From: a virus
Lineage: Duplodnaviria > Caudoviricetes
IMG/VR virus record: IMGVR_UViG_3300009709_000004
Location: 1,297 to 65,296 of that record
Reading direction: 5' to 3' (one strand)
Length of the DNA stretch: 64,000 bases
The translations under genes and the position numbers were made by a program. How positions within the stretch are numbered: position 1 is the first letter of the stretch; the number at the start of each line of letters is the position of its first letter. The notes beneath the pieces are model-generated. The model made no database searches. It was not told the origin of the DNA and saw nothing but the letters and a program-made list of their open reading frames with translations. Below are positions 36,435 through 46,071 of the stretch, piece after piece.

Positions 36435-36466
36435 AAACCCCGGTAGGATATCCTACCGGGGTTTTT
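36433..36466. terminator. Bidirectional terminator at the junction of early (+) and late (-) transcription
   Basis: Perfect palindrome aaaaaccccggtaggatatcctaccggggttttt. Confidence 0.9.
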
Positions 36467-36485
36467 CGGCTTCGGCGGGAAGGGG

Positions 36486-36710
36486 TTAGTCCGAGCCGAA
36501 TACGACGATTTTCTGGCCGCCGGCTAGCGTCACTGTCGGAGTAGTCGGCGCGACTCCGGCGGCGGGTGGCACGCTCTGCGCCATCAGCCGAATGTCCAGC
36601 CATATATAGTCGGCGGCGGCTGCTGCCAACGCGGTGTTGAGCGCAGTCACGGCGGTCTGCACGGCGCCGTAGAGCGTGCTGTCGGTGGTACTGTTGTCCG
36701 ACCCGCTCAC
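36486..36710 (-). CDS. Hypothetical protein
   Basis: GTGA-coupled to the upstream lipoprotein gene. Confidence 0.5.
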   Translation of the reverse strand: MSGSDNSTTDSTLYGAVQTAVTALNTALAAAAADYIWLDIRLMAQSVPPAAGVAPTTPTVTLAGGQKIVVFGSD

Positions 36711-37099
36711 GTCTTGTTGCTCACGACTTTTATCGCCGGCGCTGCGATGACCTGCAGCTGTGATGCCTGTGTCGTGATCTGGTTCGCCAGCGCCGTCAGC
36801 GAAGCCACATCCGTGCTGGCGCTGTTGAGCGCGGTCTGCGCCGCTGATGCGATCGGATCCAGCACAGCGATCGCGGCATTGATGCTGGGCGCCAATGAGG
36901 GATCGGCGAGTGCCGCGATCTGCGCCAGCCCCTTCGCCGTACCATAAAAATTGACGGCCGTGCTCAACGCGGTTTGGGCCTGCGTCAAGGCATTGCTCGC
37001 GGACGTACTCGCGGTGGTAATGGCCGCAGTCGAAGCGGCACAGCCGGTTGCCGATAGCGCGCCGAGTAATGCGATGAGAGCGGGGGTGCGGCTGGTCAT
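36707..37099 (-). CDS. Predicted lipoprotein, candidate spanin
   Basis: MTSRTPALIALLGALSATG|C lipobox-like signal, Ala/Thr-rich helical body, downstream of the endolysin. Confidence 0.55.
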   Translation of the reverse strand: MTSRTPALIALLGALSATGCAASTAAITTASTSASNALTQAQTALSTAVNFYGTAKGLAQIAALADPSLAPSINAAIAVLDPIASAAQTALNSASTDVASLTALANQITTQASQLQVIAAPAIKVVSNKT

Positions 37100-37152
37100 G
37101 GGATTATTCCTCATTCGTAATTTCGTCAGAGACGGGCGTACAGGCCGCCGGG

Positions 37153-37719
37153 CTACGCCGCCGGGGTAGACGACCCGGACGCGGGGTTATCGGTCTGGGC
37201 GACGATCCTGGGCGGCGGGGCGGGCATTGTGGTGGAGACAGAAACCGGCGGCGTCACAGGCAGGATAACACCGGCCGGGACCGCTGGCACGCTTTTGGCC
37301 GGCGCGGGGATCGGCGATGCCAGGTTGAGGTGCAGCGCCAAAGCCGCCTCGATCTTCGCCGCGATGTCAGTGGGCGTCTGGCCGAAATATGCCATGGCCT
37401 TTGGCGCTTGGTCACTGACATAGCCGATGGCGAGCTGGAGCGCGGTATTCCGAATCGGTACATTGCTAAGAAACTGGTCACCTTGCTGCTGGCCGTAATT
37501 AGCGGCTACGCCGACTGCATTGGTGATAGCGGTCTGCAGCGCTGCGCGAGACGAGGTGTCTTTCACGTAGCGTTGAACGAGAGACATTAGAACCGGCACC
37601 GCCACAGCGGCGATAACGGCCAGCACATCATTAAAGACTGGCACCAACGCTGCCGCAGTACCGGCCGCGTAGGCGGGCACAGCAAAAGCCACGCTGCCGA
37701 GCAAGATCAGCTTATTCAT
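37153..37719 (-). CDS. Membrane protein, candidate holin or inner-membrane spanin
   Basis: Two N-terminal hydrophobic segments, RAALQTAITNAV, Pro-rich tail. Coupled to the endolysin. Confidence 0.45.
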   Translation of the reverse strand: MNKLILLGSVAFAVPAYAAGTAAALVPVFNDVLAVIAAVAVPVLMSLVQRYVKDTSSRAALQTAITNAVGVAANYGQQQGDQFLSNVPIRNTALQLAIGYVSDQAPKAMAYFGQTPTDIAAKIEAALALHLNLASPIPAPAKSVPAVPAGVILPVTPPVSVSTTMPAPPPRIVAQTDNPASGSSTPAA

Positions 37720-38321
37720 TGCGAAACCTCGGATGCTTTCGGAGTTGAGGAGGGTGTCGGTTCGGGCGCGCCGGCCGGCGCCGTGTCCACCACATGCAGC
37801 GGTTCTGTCCAGGACGTGGCCAGTGCTACACGCGCGGCTAGCCGATTGTTAAAACCGCGTTCAAAACGGCGGTAGTCAGACCGCGACTGATAATATCCGG
37901 CCTGAAAAACCGCAAGTATCTTGATGAGCGTCGGTGGATCACGCTCTTTCAAAACCGAAAGCGTGTCTCGCCCGATCCAGCCGTCTAGATCGTCATCGGT
38001 CATGCCGAGCGCTTTTTGCAGGCACAGCCCTGACGCATGCACTCCGCAGTTTACGGCCATGTCCATTACCATCAGATCAAGACCGCGCGGTATGTCCTGC
38101 GATCTGGTGGCGTGAAAGTAGCTGACGGCGTAAAACGGTACGACTTCGTCCCAAGTGAGGCGCTGCATATCGTACACGCTTACGGGCTTGCGCGTATATG
38201 CCTGCCAAGCGCGCAACGTGACACCGAAGTTTGTGGCGCCGCCGGGATCATCGGGATTGTCCACGAAGCCGCCTTCGGACTTTTTGACGAAGCTCATGAT
38301 AGGCGCAAAGCTATGTTCCAC
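37716..38321 (-). CDS. Endolysin, glycoside hydrolase family 108 with PG-binding domain
   Basis: EGGFVDNPDDPGGATNFGVT, DMAVNCG, LQKALG…DGWIG, F.RGFNNR. Confidence 0.92.
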   Translation of the reverse strand: MEHSFAPIMSFVKKSEGGFVDNPDDPGGATNFGVTLRAWQAYTRKPVSVYDMQRLTWDEVVPFYAVSYFHATRSQDIPRGLDLMVMDMAVNCGVHASGLCLQKALGMTDDDLDGWIGRDTLSVLKERDPPTLIKILAVFQAGYYQSRSDYRRFERGFNNRLAARVALATSWTEPLHVVDTAPAGAPEPTPSSTPKASEVSQ

Positions 38322-38330
38322 GCGGGGCTC

Positions 38331-38975
38331 CTATTCTGTTATCACGATCGGGATATCCGCACTGACGTACACATGCTCAGGAGCGAGAATCGGCAACCAC
38401 CCACATTGCTCGCTGATGACGGAGTTGTACATCCAGTTGCCGGCCGGGATAGCGGGCAGAAGCGGAACGCTCACCACGACCTCATTCTTGCCTATGTGTG
38501 TGGATGGCGTATCGATACTACCAAGATAGTATATTTGTCGTACAGGCGGACCATTTTGATATACAGGCAGGTAACGCCAAACTTTCCAGGTAATGCGCGA
38601 GATGCATCGTTCCGAGCGGGTGATGCTGTATAGCACATCCAGCGCTTCGCCGCGCTTGACACTGGTGTGAAGCATGACCGGCGGCGCGTCCTGGCGCACG
38701 CTCTGGCCGCTTTCTACGACTTGCGTGAGAATGCTGCCGAGGATCATCCCTAGCAAAAACGTGACGCAGCTCTGTTTTGATGGACGCCATTTGTACAAAC
38801 GGCGCCACTCTTTTATTTTGACATGAGCGCGGATAATACCTTGGGGATGATCGGCCACAAATAGCCGCCGAATACGGCTCCTGCGATCAATATAATCGCT
38901 TGTTCTATTGCGGAACGTTGTATGGCTCGCCTGCGCGCTAAACGGTCCTGCCGCTGCTGTACGCTCTCCGTCCAT
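38331..38975 (-). CDS. Hypothetical membrane-anchored protein (true start probably near 38750-38800)
   Basis: Hydrophobic FLLGMILGSILTQVV followed by a beta-rich domain. The N-terminal part overlaps the upstream gene. Confidence 0.5.
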   Translation of the reverse strand: MDGERTAAAGPFSAQASHTTFRNRTSDYIDRRSRIRRLFVADHPQGIIRAHVKIKEWRRLYKWRPSKQSCVTFLLGMILGSILTQVVESGQSVRQDAPPVMLHTSVKRGEALDVLYSITRSERCISRITWKVWRYLPVYQNGPPVRQIYYLGSIDTPSTHIGKNEVVVSVPLLPAIPAGNWMYNSVISEQCGWLPILAPEHVYVSADIPIVITE

Positions 38976-39112
38976 GCTTCTCTCACCTCTTTTACGGAAT
39001 CGCTATCTTCTAGATCGACATCAAACAGTCTAAAAGCCGCTCTAATAGCATCTTCCGCTTCTGTTTTTGCTAGTCGTCGTATCCGATCATCCAAGTCCCC
39101 ACTTTGTGGCAT
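38813..39112 (-). CDS. Hypothetical protein with C-terminal TM (holin-like)
   Basis: Charged N-terminus and a C-terminal TM AIILIAGAVFGGYLWPII. Lies in the lysis cluster. Confidence 0.5.
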   Translation of the reverse strand: MPQSGDLDDRIRRLAKTEAEDAIRAAFRLFDVDLEDSDSVKEVREAWTESVQQRQDRLARRRAIQRSAIEQAIILIAGAVFGGYLWPIIPKVLSALMSK

Positions 39113-39148
39113 GAACTGCCCCGAAATATTATTTGTTAGACCTTTGTT

Positions 39149-39514
39149 TTATATTGCTGTTAACAGCAATATCCCGCTGCTCGATACAGCAAAAATCGCT
39201 GTGTGTCCGTTGTTGAGCGATATACCGGTGTTTACCGCATTCGTTTCAATCTGGTCACCGCTGTACGGATATACCGTCAACATTGATCCGCATCTGTTGA
39301 ATACGAAAACCATATTGCCGTTGAACGTCGCGGCTTGCGGCAGCACAATTCCACCGGAACCGCTGGCGACTAATATCTGCGCGAGCGACGTGGGCGTGGC
39401 CGTGAGCTGATTTGTGCCCGCTGCGACGACGGTGATGGCCGGCAACGGCTGCGGGAACAGCCCGACAAACGGCGGCATGCCCGGCTGCGGCGGGCACCAT
39501 GTGGGATAGGTCAT
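39149..39514 (-). CDS. Hypothetical virion protein
   Basis: Small-residue beta-rich ORF in the tail region. Confidence 0.55.
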   Translation of the reverse strand: MTYPTWCPPQPGMPPFVGLFPQPLPAITVVAAGTNQLTATPTSLAQILVASGSGGIVLPQAATFNGNMVFVFNRCGSMLTVYPYSGDQIETNAVNTGISLNNGHTAIFAVSSSGILLLTAI

Positions 39515-39643
39515 GCCTCGATCCTCAACGCTGATGGCGGAAATTTCGCGCTACAAGCCAATATAGGCGCGGCCGGTAGGCTAGAGCGGTGATGCCTGTC
39601 GCCCGGCTTGTAGCCGCTTCCGGCGCCGCGCACGGGCCACTGG

Positions 39644-40042
39644 TCAGTTGGCCGGATCGAGCGGCGGGAAGGCTAGGTACCGACGGCTGATGGCCATGGA
39701 CACGTGCCATTGCCACGTTCGGCCCGATGCGCCGATGGCTTGCGCGGTAATCGTATATAGCCGCCCCGATACGCCGCCTCCGAGCTTAGTCCCGATGACA
39801 TAGCCTCGATAAGCTAGCGCGAGAACTTGTAATTCGCCGGTTCCTGTGGGGCTTACCGTGATATTAACCCTAGATATTGTATCTTGACATATCGCTATTG
39901 GATACGTGACATCTAGATAGTAATCTAGGATATCGCCCGGATCGGCCGTTGGCCACGTCAAGCCGCTATTAGTCATCGGCGCCGCTTCAGTCGGCGGCCG
40001 GATCACAAGAGTTCTCGGCGAATATGTATCTTGGAAAATCAC
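39644..40042 (-). CDS. Conserved tail-associated protein
   Basis: DPGDILDYYLD motif. Downstream of the fibre and chaperone genes. Confidence 0.6.
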   Translation of the reverse strand: MIFQDTYSPRTLVIRPPTEAAPMTNSGLTWPTADPGDILDYYLDVTYPIAICQDTISRVNITVSPTGTGELQVLALAYRGYVIGTKLGGGVSGRLYTITAQAIGASGRTWQWHVSMAISRRYLAFPPLDPAN

Positions 40043-40045
40043 GGA

Positions 40046-40435
40046 TTAACTTCCCGCCGGATAGTCTGGCCTTTTTGGCAGAGATGTCAGTTTGTTTGTT
40101 ATGACAAGACGAAGCTGCTTTCTGTAATATTTCCAATCTTCAGGAACGATAACGTTATTCTCAATACACCTTAACACTGTTTTGTCAGTGGCCACTATTA
40201 GCGCACGCGCTTCAGCGGCGATCTGTTTTACGACATGCTCCGGATCGGGCTGCGGTTTGGAAAAAGCCCAGACTTCGCCAGTCTTTTTCGCGATATCGCC
40301 GACTGCCGGCATGGGGTTTATTTCGTCAACCCGCACCCACACCCAATCTTTATGAAACCGATTTGTAGGATCAATGCGCGTCAGTTCGGCGATCTTATCA
40401 TTTAAGATCAGCGCCCATGTAGGAATAGGTGTCAT
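40046..40435 (-). CDS. Tail fibre assembly chaperone
   Basis: C-terminal WKYYRKQLR…LPKRPDYP typical of Tfa chaperones. TAATG-coupled to the fibre gene. Confidence 0.8.
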   Translation of the reverse strand: MTPIPTWALILNDKIAELTRIDPTNRFHKDWVWVRVDEINPMPAVGDIAKKTGEVWAFSKPQPDPEHVVKQIAAEARALIVATDKTVLRCIENNVIVPEDWKYYRKQLRLVITNKLTSLPKRPDYPAGS

Positions 40436-41517
40436 TAGTATGAGTACTCCCACACATTAACTAATCCGGGGCCGCCGTTGCCGCCGGCCGCGCCGCCGCT
40501 GCCTTGGCTCTGGGACGATCCCCCGCCGCCGGCCCCGAAACCGGTTGCATTGTATCCTATATTCTCAACAGCGCCTTGGCCTGGCGTGCCCAGTGCACTG
40601 ATACCTCCGTCACCGCCACGAATGGTATTATTCAAAACTCCTAGAACAATCTGGCCGTTTCCAAGGCAGCCAGAGACGGCGGATAGTCTGACAACGCCCG
40701 ACGCAAATACAGCCGGAGTAACCGAGGCTGTCCCCGAAAAGGTCTGCGATGTAGATGCGCTCGCAACCCCAGAGCCACCAGCATAGCCTCCCTGGCATGA
40801 GATCAGCGAACCAAAAGAAGATGATCCGCCCGCGCTCGGCGGATTGCCGTATTGATCGCCGCCGCTGCCCGCAGCGCCCACAGTCACGGTCACGCCCGAA
40901 AACCCGCTCGTGATAAAGCCACGCCCGTAAGACCCCGAGTAGCCCCCCGTCCCGGTGGCCTGCTGGCCGCTTCCGGTTGGCGGGCAGCCACCGCCACCGC
41001 CGCCGGCGGCTTGCACGTCCACGATGACGAAATTGGTACCTACCGAAGGTGTGTATGTCGCCCCGGAATTAGACACTGTGAATTGTTGGATGTTTAACAA
41101 CCTTCCCTCGGACGAAGATCGCCATCCCGTAGTGTTGGAGTCTGGGTTATTAGTATTGTTATCAACTTCGGATATCCATAATAGTCCTGGATAGCTCGCA
41201 CTCATGAGAATGGCGTTTTTTGGGTAACCACCAATAGACGTGCAAAAACTGCTATCGTAAAATACAGGCGCACCAGCTTGCTGCCACTGGTTCCAAAGAG
41301 TAATCTGTTTCAAAATACCATTCATATCCTGGCCAAAAGGCCAGGAACCGCCGACACCAATGGCGATAAAGCAATTTGGTGGAAAACCGTCAGTTAATGA
41401 AGCAGCGCCATTTTGAACGCTTTGCTGCGATGCTTGCGGAATTGATCTAATATATCCCGTCCCAGCCGCATTTGCGAATGGGATCGGAAACTTTGGCGGT
41501 ATGCTAGTATCTTGCAT
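40435..41517 (-). CDS. Tail fibre protein with glycine-rich C-terminal domain
   Basis: N-terminal PIPFA…DGFPP…GQDMNGIL…GYPKNAIL, then AAGGGGGG Gly-rich domain. Confidence 0.85.
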   Translation of the reverse strand: MQDTSIPPKFPIPFANAAGTGYIRSIPQASQQSVQNGAASLTDGFPPNCFIAIGVGGSWPFGQDMNGILKQITLWNQWQQAGAPVFYDSSFCTSIGGYPKNAILMSASYPGLLWISEVDNNTNNPDSNTTGWRSSSEGRLLNIQQFTVSNSGATYTPSVGTNFVIVDVQAAGGGGGGCPPTGSGQQATGTGGYSGSYGRGFITSGFSGVTVTVGAAGSGGDQYGNPPSAGGSSSFGSLISCQGGYAGGSGVASASTSQTFSGTASVTPAVFASGVVRLSAVSGCLGNGQIVLGVLNNTIRGGDGGISALGTPGQGAVENIGYNATGFGAGGGGSSQSQGSGGAAGGNGGPGLVNVWEYSY

Positions 41518-41520
41518 ATG

Positions 41521-42087
41521 CTATCCATTCACAACTGTAAGCGCGACACCAGCAGGTTTTGGTAATATTCCAGATTGAGTTACAATCGCATAATTAACGG
41601 GGGACAGAACGGTTGAGAATGTATACGTCATGGTCATATTTTGACCATCCGTCACGTAGCAATTCCCGATGCCCGGAAACAGCGTCATAAGAATGCTATT
41701 GATCGCTTGGATCGATCCATCACATATATTAGCTAATGCTTTGGCATATATTAGTGTGCGAAAAGCTGCATCGGTTAGCGCGTAGTTTCCGGTAGTCGTT
41801 TGACCGGAATAAAACGGCTGCTGATTAAACGGAAATTCAGACGCATCCCCGGCTTCCGCAAAGCCGAAATATGTCCCTGATGGAACTTGCAGGACGCGCT
41901 GCACACCAACGATCCGCCCCCAAACGTCTAGCCCATAGCCTTGGGCGGTAGCAACGTTCCAAATGTCATCATAAAACGAGTTGAGGTTGGCTTGCGGGTC
42001 TATGTACGTATTAAAATTAGTGATTAACTGCAATAATGTCGGGGAATTTCCGTACTGACTTATTACGGTTTGCTCTGGATTTTGCAT
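41521..42087 (-). CDS. Baseplate wedge protein (DUF2612)
   Basis: SQYGNSP, TAQGYGLDVWGRIVGV, LPKPAGV. Confidence 0.85.
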   Translation of the reverse strand: MQNPEQTVISQYGNSPTLLQLITNFNTYIDPQANLNSFYDDIWNVATAQGYGLDVWGRIVGVQRVLQVPSGTYFGFAEAGDASEFPFNQQPFYSGQTTTGNYALTDAAFRTLIYAKALANICDGSIQAINSILMTLFPGIGNCYVTDGQNMTMTYTFSTVLSPVNYAIVTQSGILPKPAGVALTVVNG

Positions 42088-42089
42088 TT

Positions 42090-43514
42090 TTATTGCAGTG
42101 TCAGTATTACATTCGCGGCGTAAAAAGCGGGTATCTGGTTTATTTGAACGACAAGATCATTCAAGTTAGGGGCTACACTTATGACCTGCTCACTTGAAAC
42201 AGTAAGCGTATTACTCACAACGTACACGCCCGTCCCGCCTGTCGTGCCGGAGCTTTGAGATACGATCGTCGTGCCGGGAGTGATCTGTCCGGTTGTGTCT
42301 GTGAGAACTTGATTAAGCGCAAGGGTGCCCGACGCAACGGCGCTCACAGTCATATTCGTGCCGCTGATCGAGGCGGTAAACGTCGCGGCTGGATTATTCG
42401 GCGAGCCGACCAGTATAGATATGATCTTTACCCATGAGCCGACAGCCGCCACAACGGGATAAAAGTTGCTGGCATATATCGTAGAACCAATGCGCGGGCG
42501 CACGCCCGTGGTGCCCGCAAACACAGATTGAATAGCGGCCTGAATGGTGGCTAGCGCGGTGTTGGGCACTTGTGTGCTGTTTTTTAATATAACGTTGATA
42601 ATGATCGGCAGCGCGGCCGGAATTTCATACGTAACGGAGTACGGAATTGGGGCGGAATATAACGGATTGCTGTCATAAACAGTAATAGTTGTGTTTCCGG
42701 TATAACCGCAGCCAGGGGACTTTTTGCTGAATATGGCTTGAGCAACAGCTGACGAGATACCACCTGATACACAGATAAATATAGAATTAGCCGCAATCGT
42801 CTGCCCCTGAACGGTCACCGGCGCCGACGTGGCATTATCATATCCGTAATAGTCTAAAACGCCAGACACCTTTGCTACGGCGCCGATAATTGATCCAATC
42901 GCACCAAAGCTGTTTCCTTCAACGGTCTGCTGTCGGCGTATTTCAAACTGTGTACTGGTTTCAACAGCGTTGCCGAGAACGCCCGACACAACCGTGACAT
43001 CATCCCAACCAGGAATAGCTTGATATATAGATACGGTTTCCGGAACAGCTATCGGCCCGGTAGTCTGATTAGCAAAAGTGAGCGTAATACTGCCGCCGGT
43101 TGGGATAGTTCCCGCTTCGGTACAGGAATATATGTTACCGTTTGGGTCTTGTATTAAAGCGCCTATTGGGATATTGACGTTATACAATCCGACGCATGTA
43201 ACTTCAATAACCGTCGATTGCGCCGGGTTTCGCGTGAGAAAATATATGCGCGCAATCGCGTCTTGCATTCGCCCAGACGAATAAGCCGGATCAACCAGAT
43301 TAGTATATAGCAGGAATTGACTATTACAATCGCCGATAATTGCAGCTTCAGAAGATGCGAGCTGGCCTTGCGGGGAGCTGAGCTGCTGACTGAGATTGCC
43401 CCCAAACGCCGCAGTCAAGTCGGCGAACAGGCCGGTCAAAATCGCGCTTTCTTGCGGCGCGATAAAGCCGTTCGGGCCGAATGTGACGGTCGGGACGGAG
43501 GTGGTACCGCTCAT
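42090..43514 (-). CDS. Baseplate J-like protein
   Basis: SPQGQL, DPAYSSGRMQDAI, GWDDV, G..VETSTQFEIRR. Confidence 0.88.
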   Translation of the reverse strand: MSGTTSVPTVTFGPNGFIAPQESAILTGLFADLTAAFGGNLSQQLSSPQGQLASSEAAIIGDCNSQFLLYTNLVDPAYSSGRMQDAIARIYFLTRNPAQSTVIEVTCVGLYNVNIPIGALIQDPNGNIYSCTEAGTIPTGGSITLTFANQTTGPIAVPETVSIYQAIPGWDDVTVVSGVLGNAVETSTQFEIRRQQTVEGNSFGAIGSIIGAVAKVSGVLDYYGYDNATSAPVTVQGQTIAANSIFICVSGGISSAVAQAIFSKKSPGCGYTGNTTITVYDSNPLYSAPIPYSVTYEIPAALPIIINVILKNSTQVPNTALATIQAAIQSVFAGTTGVRPRIGSTIYASNFYPVVAAVGSWVKIISILVGSPNNPAATFTASISGTNMTVSAVASGTLALNQVLTDTTGQITPGTTIVSQSSGTTGGTGVYVVSNTLTVSSEQVISVAPNLNDLVVQINQIPAFYAANVILTLQ

Positions 43515-43874
43515 TTAGAAGCTCGCGACTTGTGTGATGCCGGTACTGTCCACAAATTGAATTTGTCCTGTAATGGTTCTCGTGGAAAATGATATGTTTG
43601 TCAAATAAACCACGGCGGAAGAAACTCCGGAAACCGTATTAGTTTGTGCGAGAATGAGGGATTTTAGCATCTGAATGTTTGGCAGCTTACCTAGCACCTG
43701 CTGAAAATACGGAAGACCTGCCGGCGTGTCATACCAGAGTTCGCCTAAAAATGTCCGTACAGCGTTTGCGACGCATTGAGCCGTCGCATACGGGTCGGAC
43801 GCAACGGCTATATTTCCGTCTACATCTAAGCATAAATCCCATATAGTCTGATCTAGGAGAAGGGTGGTGGTCAT
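43515..43874 (-). CDS. Baseplate wedge protein (gp25/gp46-like)
   Basis: WDLCLD..GNIA, RTFLGELWYD…GLPY. Confidence 0.8.
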   Translation of the reverse strand: MTTTLLLDQTIWDLCLDVDGNIAVASDPYATAQCVANAVRTFLGELWYDTPAGLPYFQQVLGKLPNIQMLKSLILAQTNTVSGVSSAVVYLTNISFSTRTITGQIQFVDSTGITQVASF

Positions 43875-44608
43875 ACCGGTGGCCCCGTATCGCTGCTACC
43901 GACTTCCACGCCGGAATGTACGTGGCCTTCCAGGGATTTGCCTCCGGCAACGACATCATTGCTCACGTTGACGGGGCCGGTCATGCTGACATCCCCGCTC
44001 GATCCGCTACCCTGTACCTGCGTCACTTGGCCGGCCAAGGCGATCAGCGGCGAATCGATGACTACGCTATCCGTGGCGCCGATCTGGACGGTGGGAGCGG
44101 TAATGGTCACAGCCGTCGGAGAAAACAACGTAATGCCGTCACCGGAAAATCGAATATATTGTGATGGCGAGCCGTTCAAGATGCCACCTATGTACACGCC
44201 ATCGGCGTAATCAAATAGCCGAAACGATCCAGGATTGCTGACTTTTTTCGTTCGCTTGACGCTCGATATATCCCTTTGTGCAAAAGCGCACCACCCGATA
44301 TCCCCGATGACGGGATCAAGAATAACCGCGTTGGTGCCGCCTTGAATGCGGGTGTACGGGACATTATAGATTATACCGTGCGGTGTGGCGTTACCCGCGC
44401 CGTCCACCTGATTTACCATGATCTGTACATCTACAAATCCAACCGCCGAGAGACCGCCGGAATTTGTGGAGTTAATAACTTTTACCACTTGAATAGTATT
44501 GATATTGGCCATGCGCTGCGCGATCAAAAAACACGCGGCATTCATATCCGAATTGCGATCGCCTAGCCTTTGAAATCCTACATAAGCTTGTGTAACACTA
44601 TCAGACAC
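43871..44608 (-). CDS. Baseplate central spike (gpV/gp45-like)
   Basis: VPY.RIQGG, DPVIGDIG, RDIS, C-terminal HVHSGV metal-binding tip. Confidence 0.88.
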   Translation of the reverse strand: MSDSVTQAYVGFQRLGDRNSDMNAACFLIAQRMANINTIQVVKVINSTNSGGLSAVGFVDVQIMVNQVDGAGNATPHGIIYNVPYTRIQGGTNAVILDPVIGDIGWCAFAQRDISSVKRTKKVSNPGSFRLFDYADGVYIGGILNGSPSQYIRFSGDGITLFSPTAVTITAPTVQIGATDSVVIDSPLIALAGQVTQVQGSGSSGDVSMTGPVNVSNDVVAGGKSLEGHVHSGVEVGSSDTGPPV

Positions 44609-44614
44609 GTTATG

Positions 44615-45505
44615 TCATCCGATCGTCGGCAAGCCGATATAAGAGCAAGCTAGTTCGGTAAACCAAGAACCTTCTGGCTGCTCTGATTCTAGGGTATGCG
44701 CAACCTTGTACACGTTCCATACGCCGTTTGCGCTCGTTATGCTGCTTTGCACTTTAATCTGAGAGCCAAACTTTATAGCTGGATTGAACAGCGTTTTTAG
44801 AGAGATCCCGTTATCAGCGAATGTAGGATAGCCGATAAGCCCGGTGGACGGAGACAGCAGAAGCGCAGTCCCGGCCCGCGTGCCATTGATCGGCCAGATA
44901 GCTAGTACGCCGTCCTCCACCACCATATTTATGTTGGCTTGATTAGCGAGAGATTGTATCTGCTGCCACGCCGTGCCCGCCAAGTAAGGCGAACTGATCT
45001 GAACTGAGACGCCGTTATTCTCAAATTTCAGGCCCATAGTGGACGCAAGCGACTGCATGACTGTCGCCACGTCCACGTTATTCGGCGCGCTCGTCGGCGG
45101 TACCGGCGCGAAAGCTTGGATCAAGCCGCCGTAAGCATTAACAACAAAAGCGACCTCCGGGATGGCTTGATAGTCCTGTAGCGCCTCCGCGATCGTGCCT
45201 TGAAAAACCGTCGCGGGTTTTTGATCTTCGCTATAGGCGTTCAAGGTAAGCATATTATTTCGGTTAGTCACAGATAATGGCGCGCCGATTAACGGCTTGC
45301 CCAGTGTACTAAGCTGGTTCATCAACGATTCGTTCATGCCGAACACGCGCACTTGCGCATTCGTCATGCTCACGCCGCCGGCTTTGACCACGTTCGCCAG
45401 GACGCGCAGTCCTGACAAGGTGACTACGTTGAAGCCTGAATTTCCGAAATTGCCGGTCCCGAGGCTGAACGTCACGTCCAGGCTTCTTTTGGCGTAGCCG
45501 GACAT
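44615..45505 (-). CDS. Baseplate hub protein
   Basis: Position upstream of the spike. GLIGYPT, LFNPAIKFG, W..YKVAHTLES. Confidence 0.75.
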   Translation of the reverse strand: MSGYAKRSLDVTFSLGTGNFGNSGFNVVTLSGLRVLANVVKAGGVSMTNAQVRVFGMNESLMNQLSTLGKPLIGAPLSVTNRNNMLTLNAYSEDQKPATVFQGTIAEALQDYQAIPEVAFVVNAYGGLIQAFAPVPPTSAPNNVDVATVMQSLASTMGLKFENNGVSVQISSPYLAGTAWQQIQSLANQANINMVVEDGVLAIWPINGTRAGTALLLSPSTGLIGYPTFADNGISLKTLFNPAIKFGSQIKVQSSITSANGVWNVYKVAHTLESEQPEGSWFTELACSYIGLPTIG

Positions 45506-45648
45506 GGGTTTCCTTGGCCTAGGAGCGTCGTACGGGCCGATCCTAGCAACGGCCGGTGTCATAGGCCACAGGCGTCACTCTGGCCGCCCAGCGCGCTTTG
45601 ACGGGCGCGATTGTATAGAGAGACGGGGATAAACACGGAGAAGGCGAT

Positions 45649-46071
45649 ATGTTGGCAACATATAGCTGCATGAACGAACAACGTAACGCGACAGCTGTAA
45701 TTGACTTAGTAAAAATAGAAGAAGATGATATATCTTGTGATCTAGAAGATGTTTTTATAGCTTCTGGTCTGCGCGATATGTGGAAAAACCGGGCATATAT
45801 AATAACCCGATTGAGCGTGCCAAAAACGATGCGGAACAAGGGAATAGCTACAAAGTTATTACACCGCGTTTGCCAAGACGCGGATGCAGAAGAAAATTTT
45901 TTAGTCTTGGCAAGGTTGCCTTATTATGGTATCGACGATGATCGGCTCAAAAAATTATATGAGCGCTTTAATTTCTTTGAAGTGTGCGAAGATTTAGAAG
46001 GTCTTATGATGCGAAAACCGGCAACGGTTCAACCCAAAAATGTTTCGTCTGCTTCAACATACCAAAGCTGA
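45649..46071 (+). CDS. GNAT-family acetyltransferase, antisense moron in the baseplate operon
   Basis: LSVPKTMRNKGIATKLL (motif A) and LKKLYERFNF (motif B). GGAG SD. AT-rich. Confidence 0.75.
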   Translation: MLATYSCMNEQRNATAVIDLVKIEEDDISCDLEDVFIASGLRDMWKNRAYIITRLSVPKTMRNKGIATKLLHRVCQDADAEENFLVLARLPYYGIDDDRLKKLYERFNFFEVCEDLEGLMMRKPATVQPKNVSSASTYQS

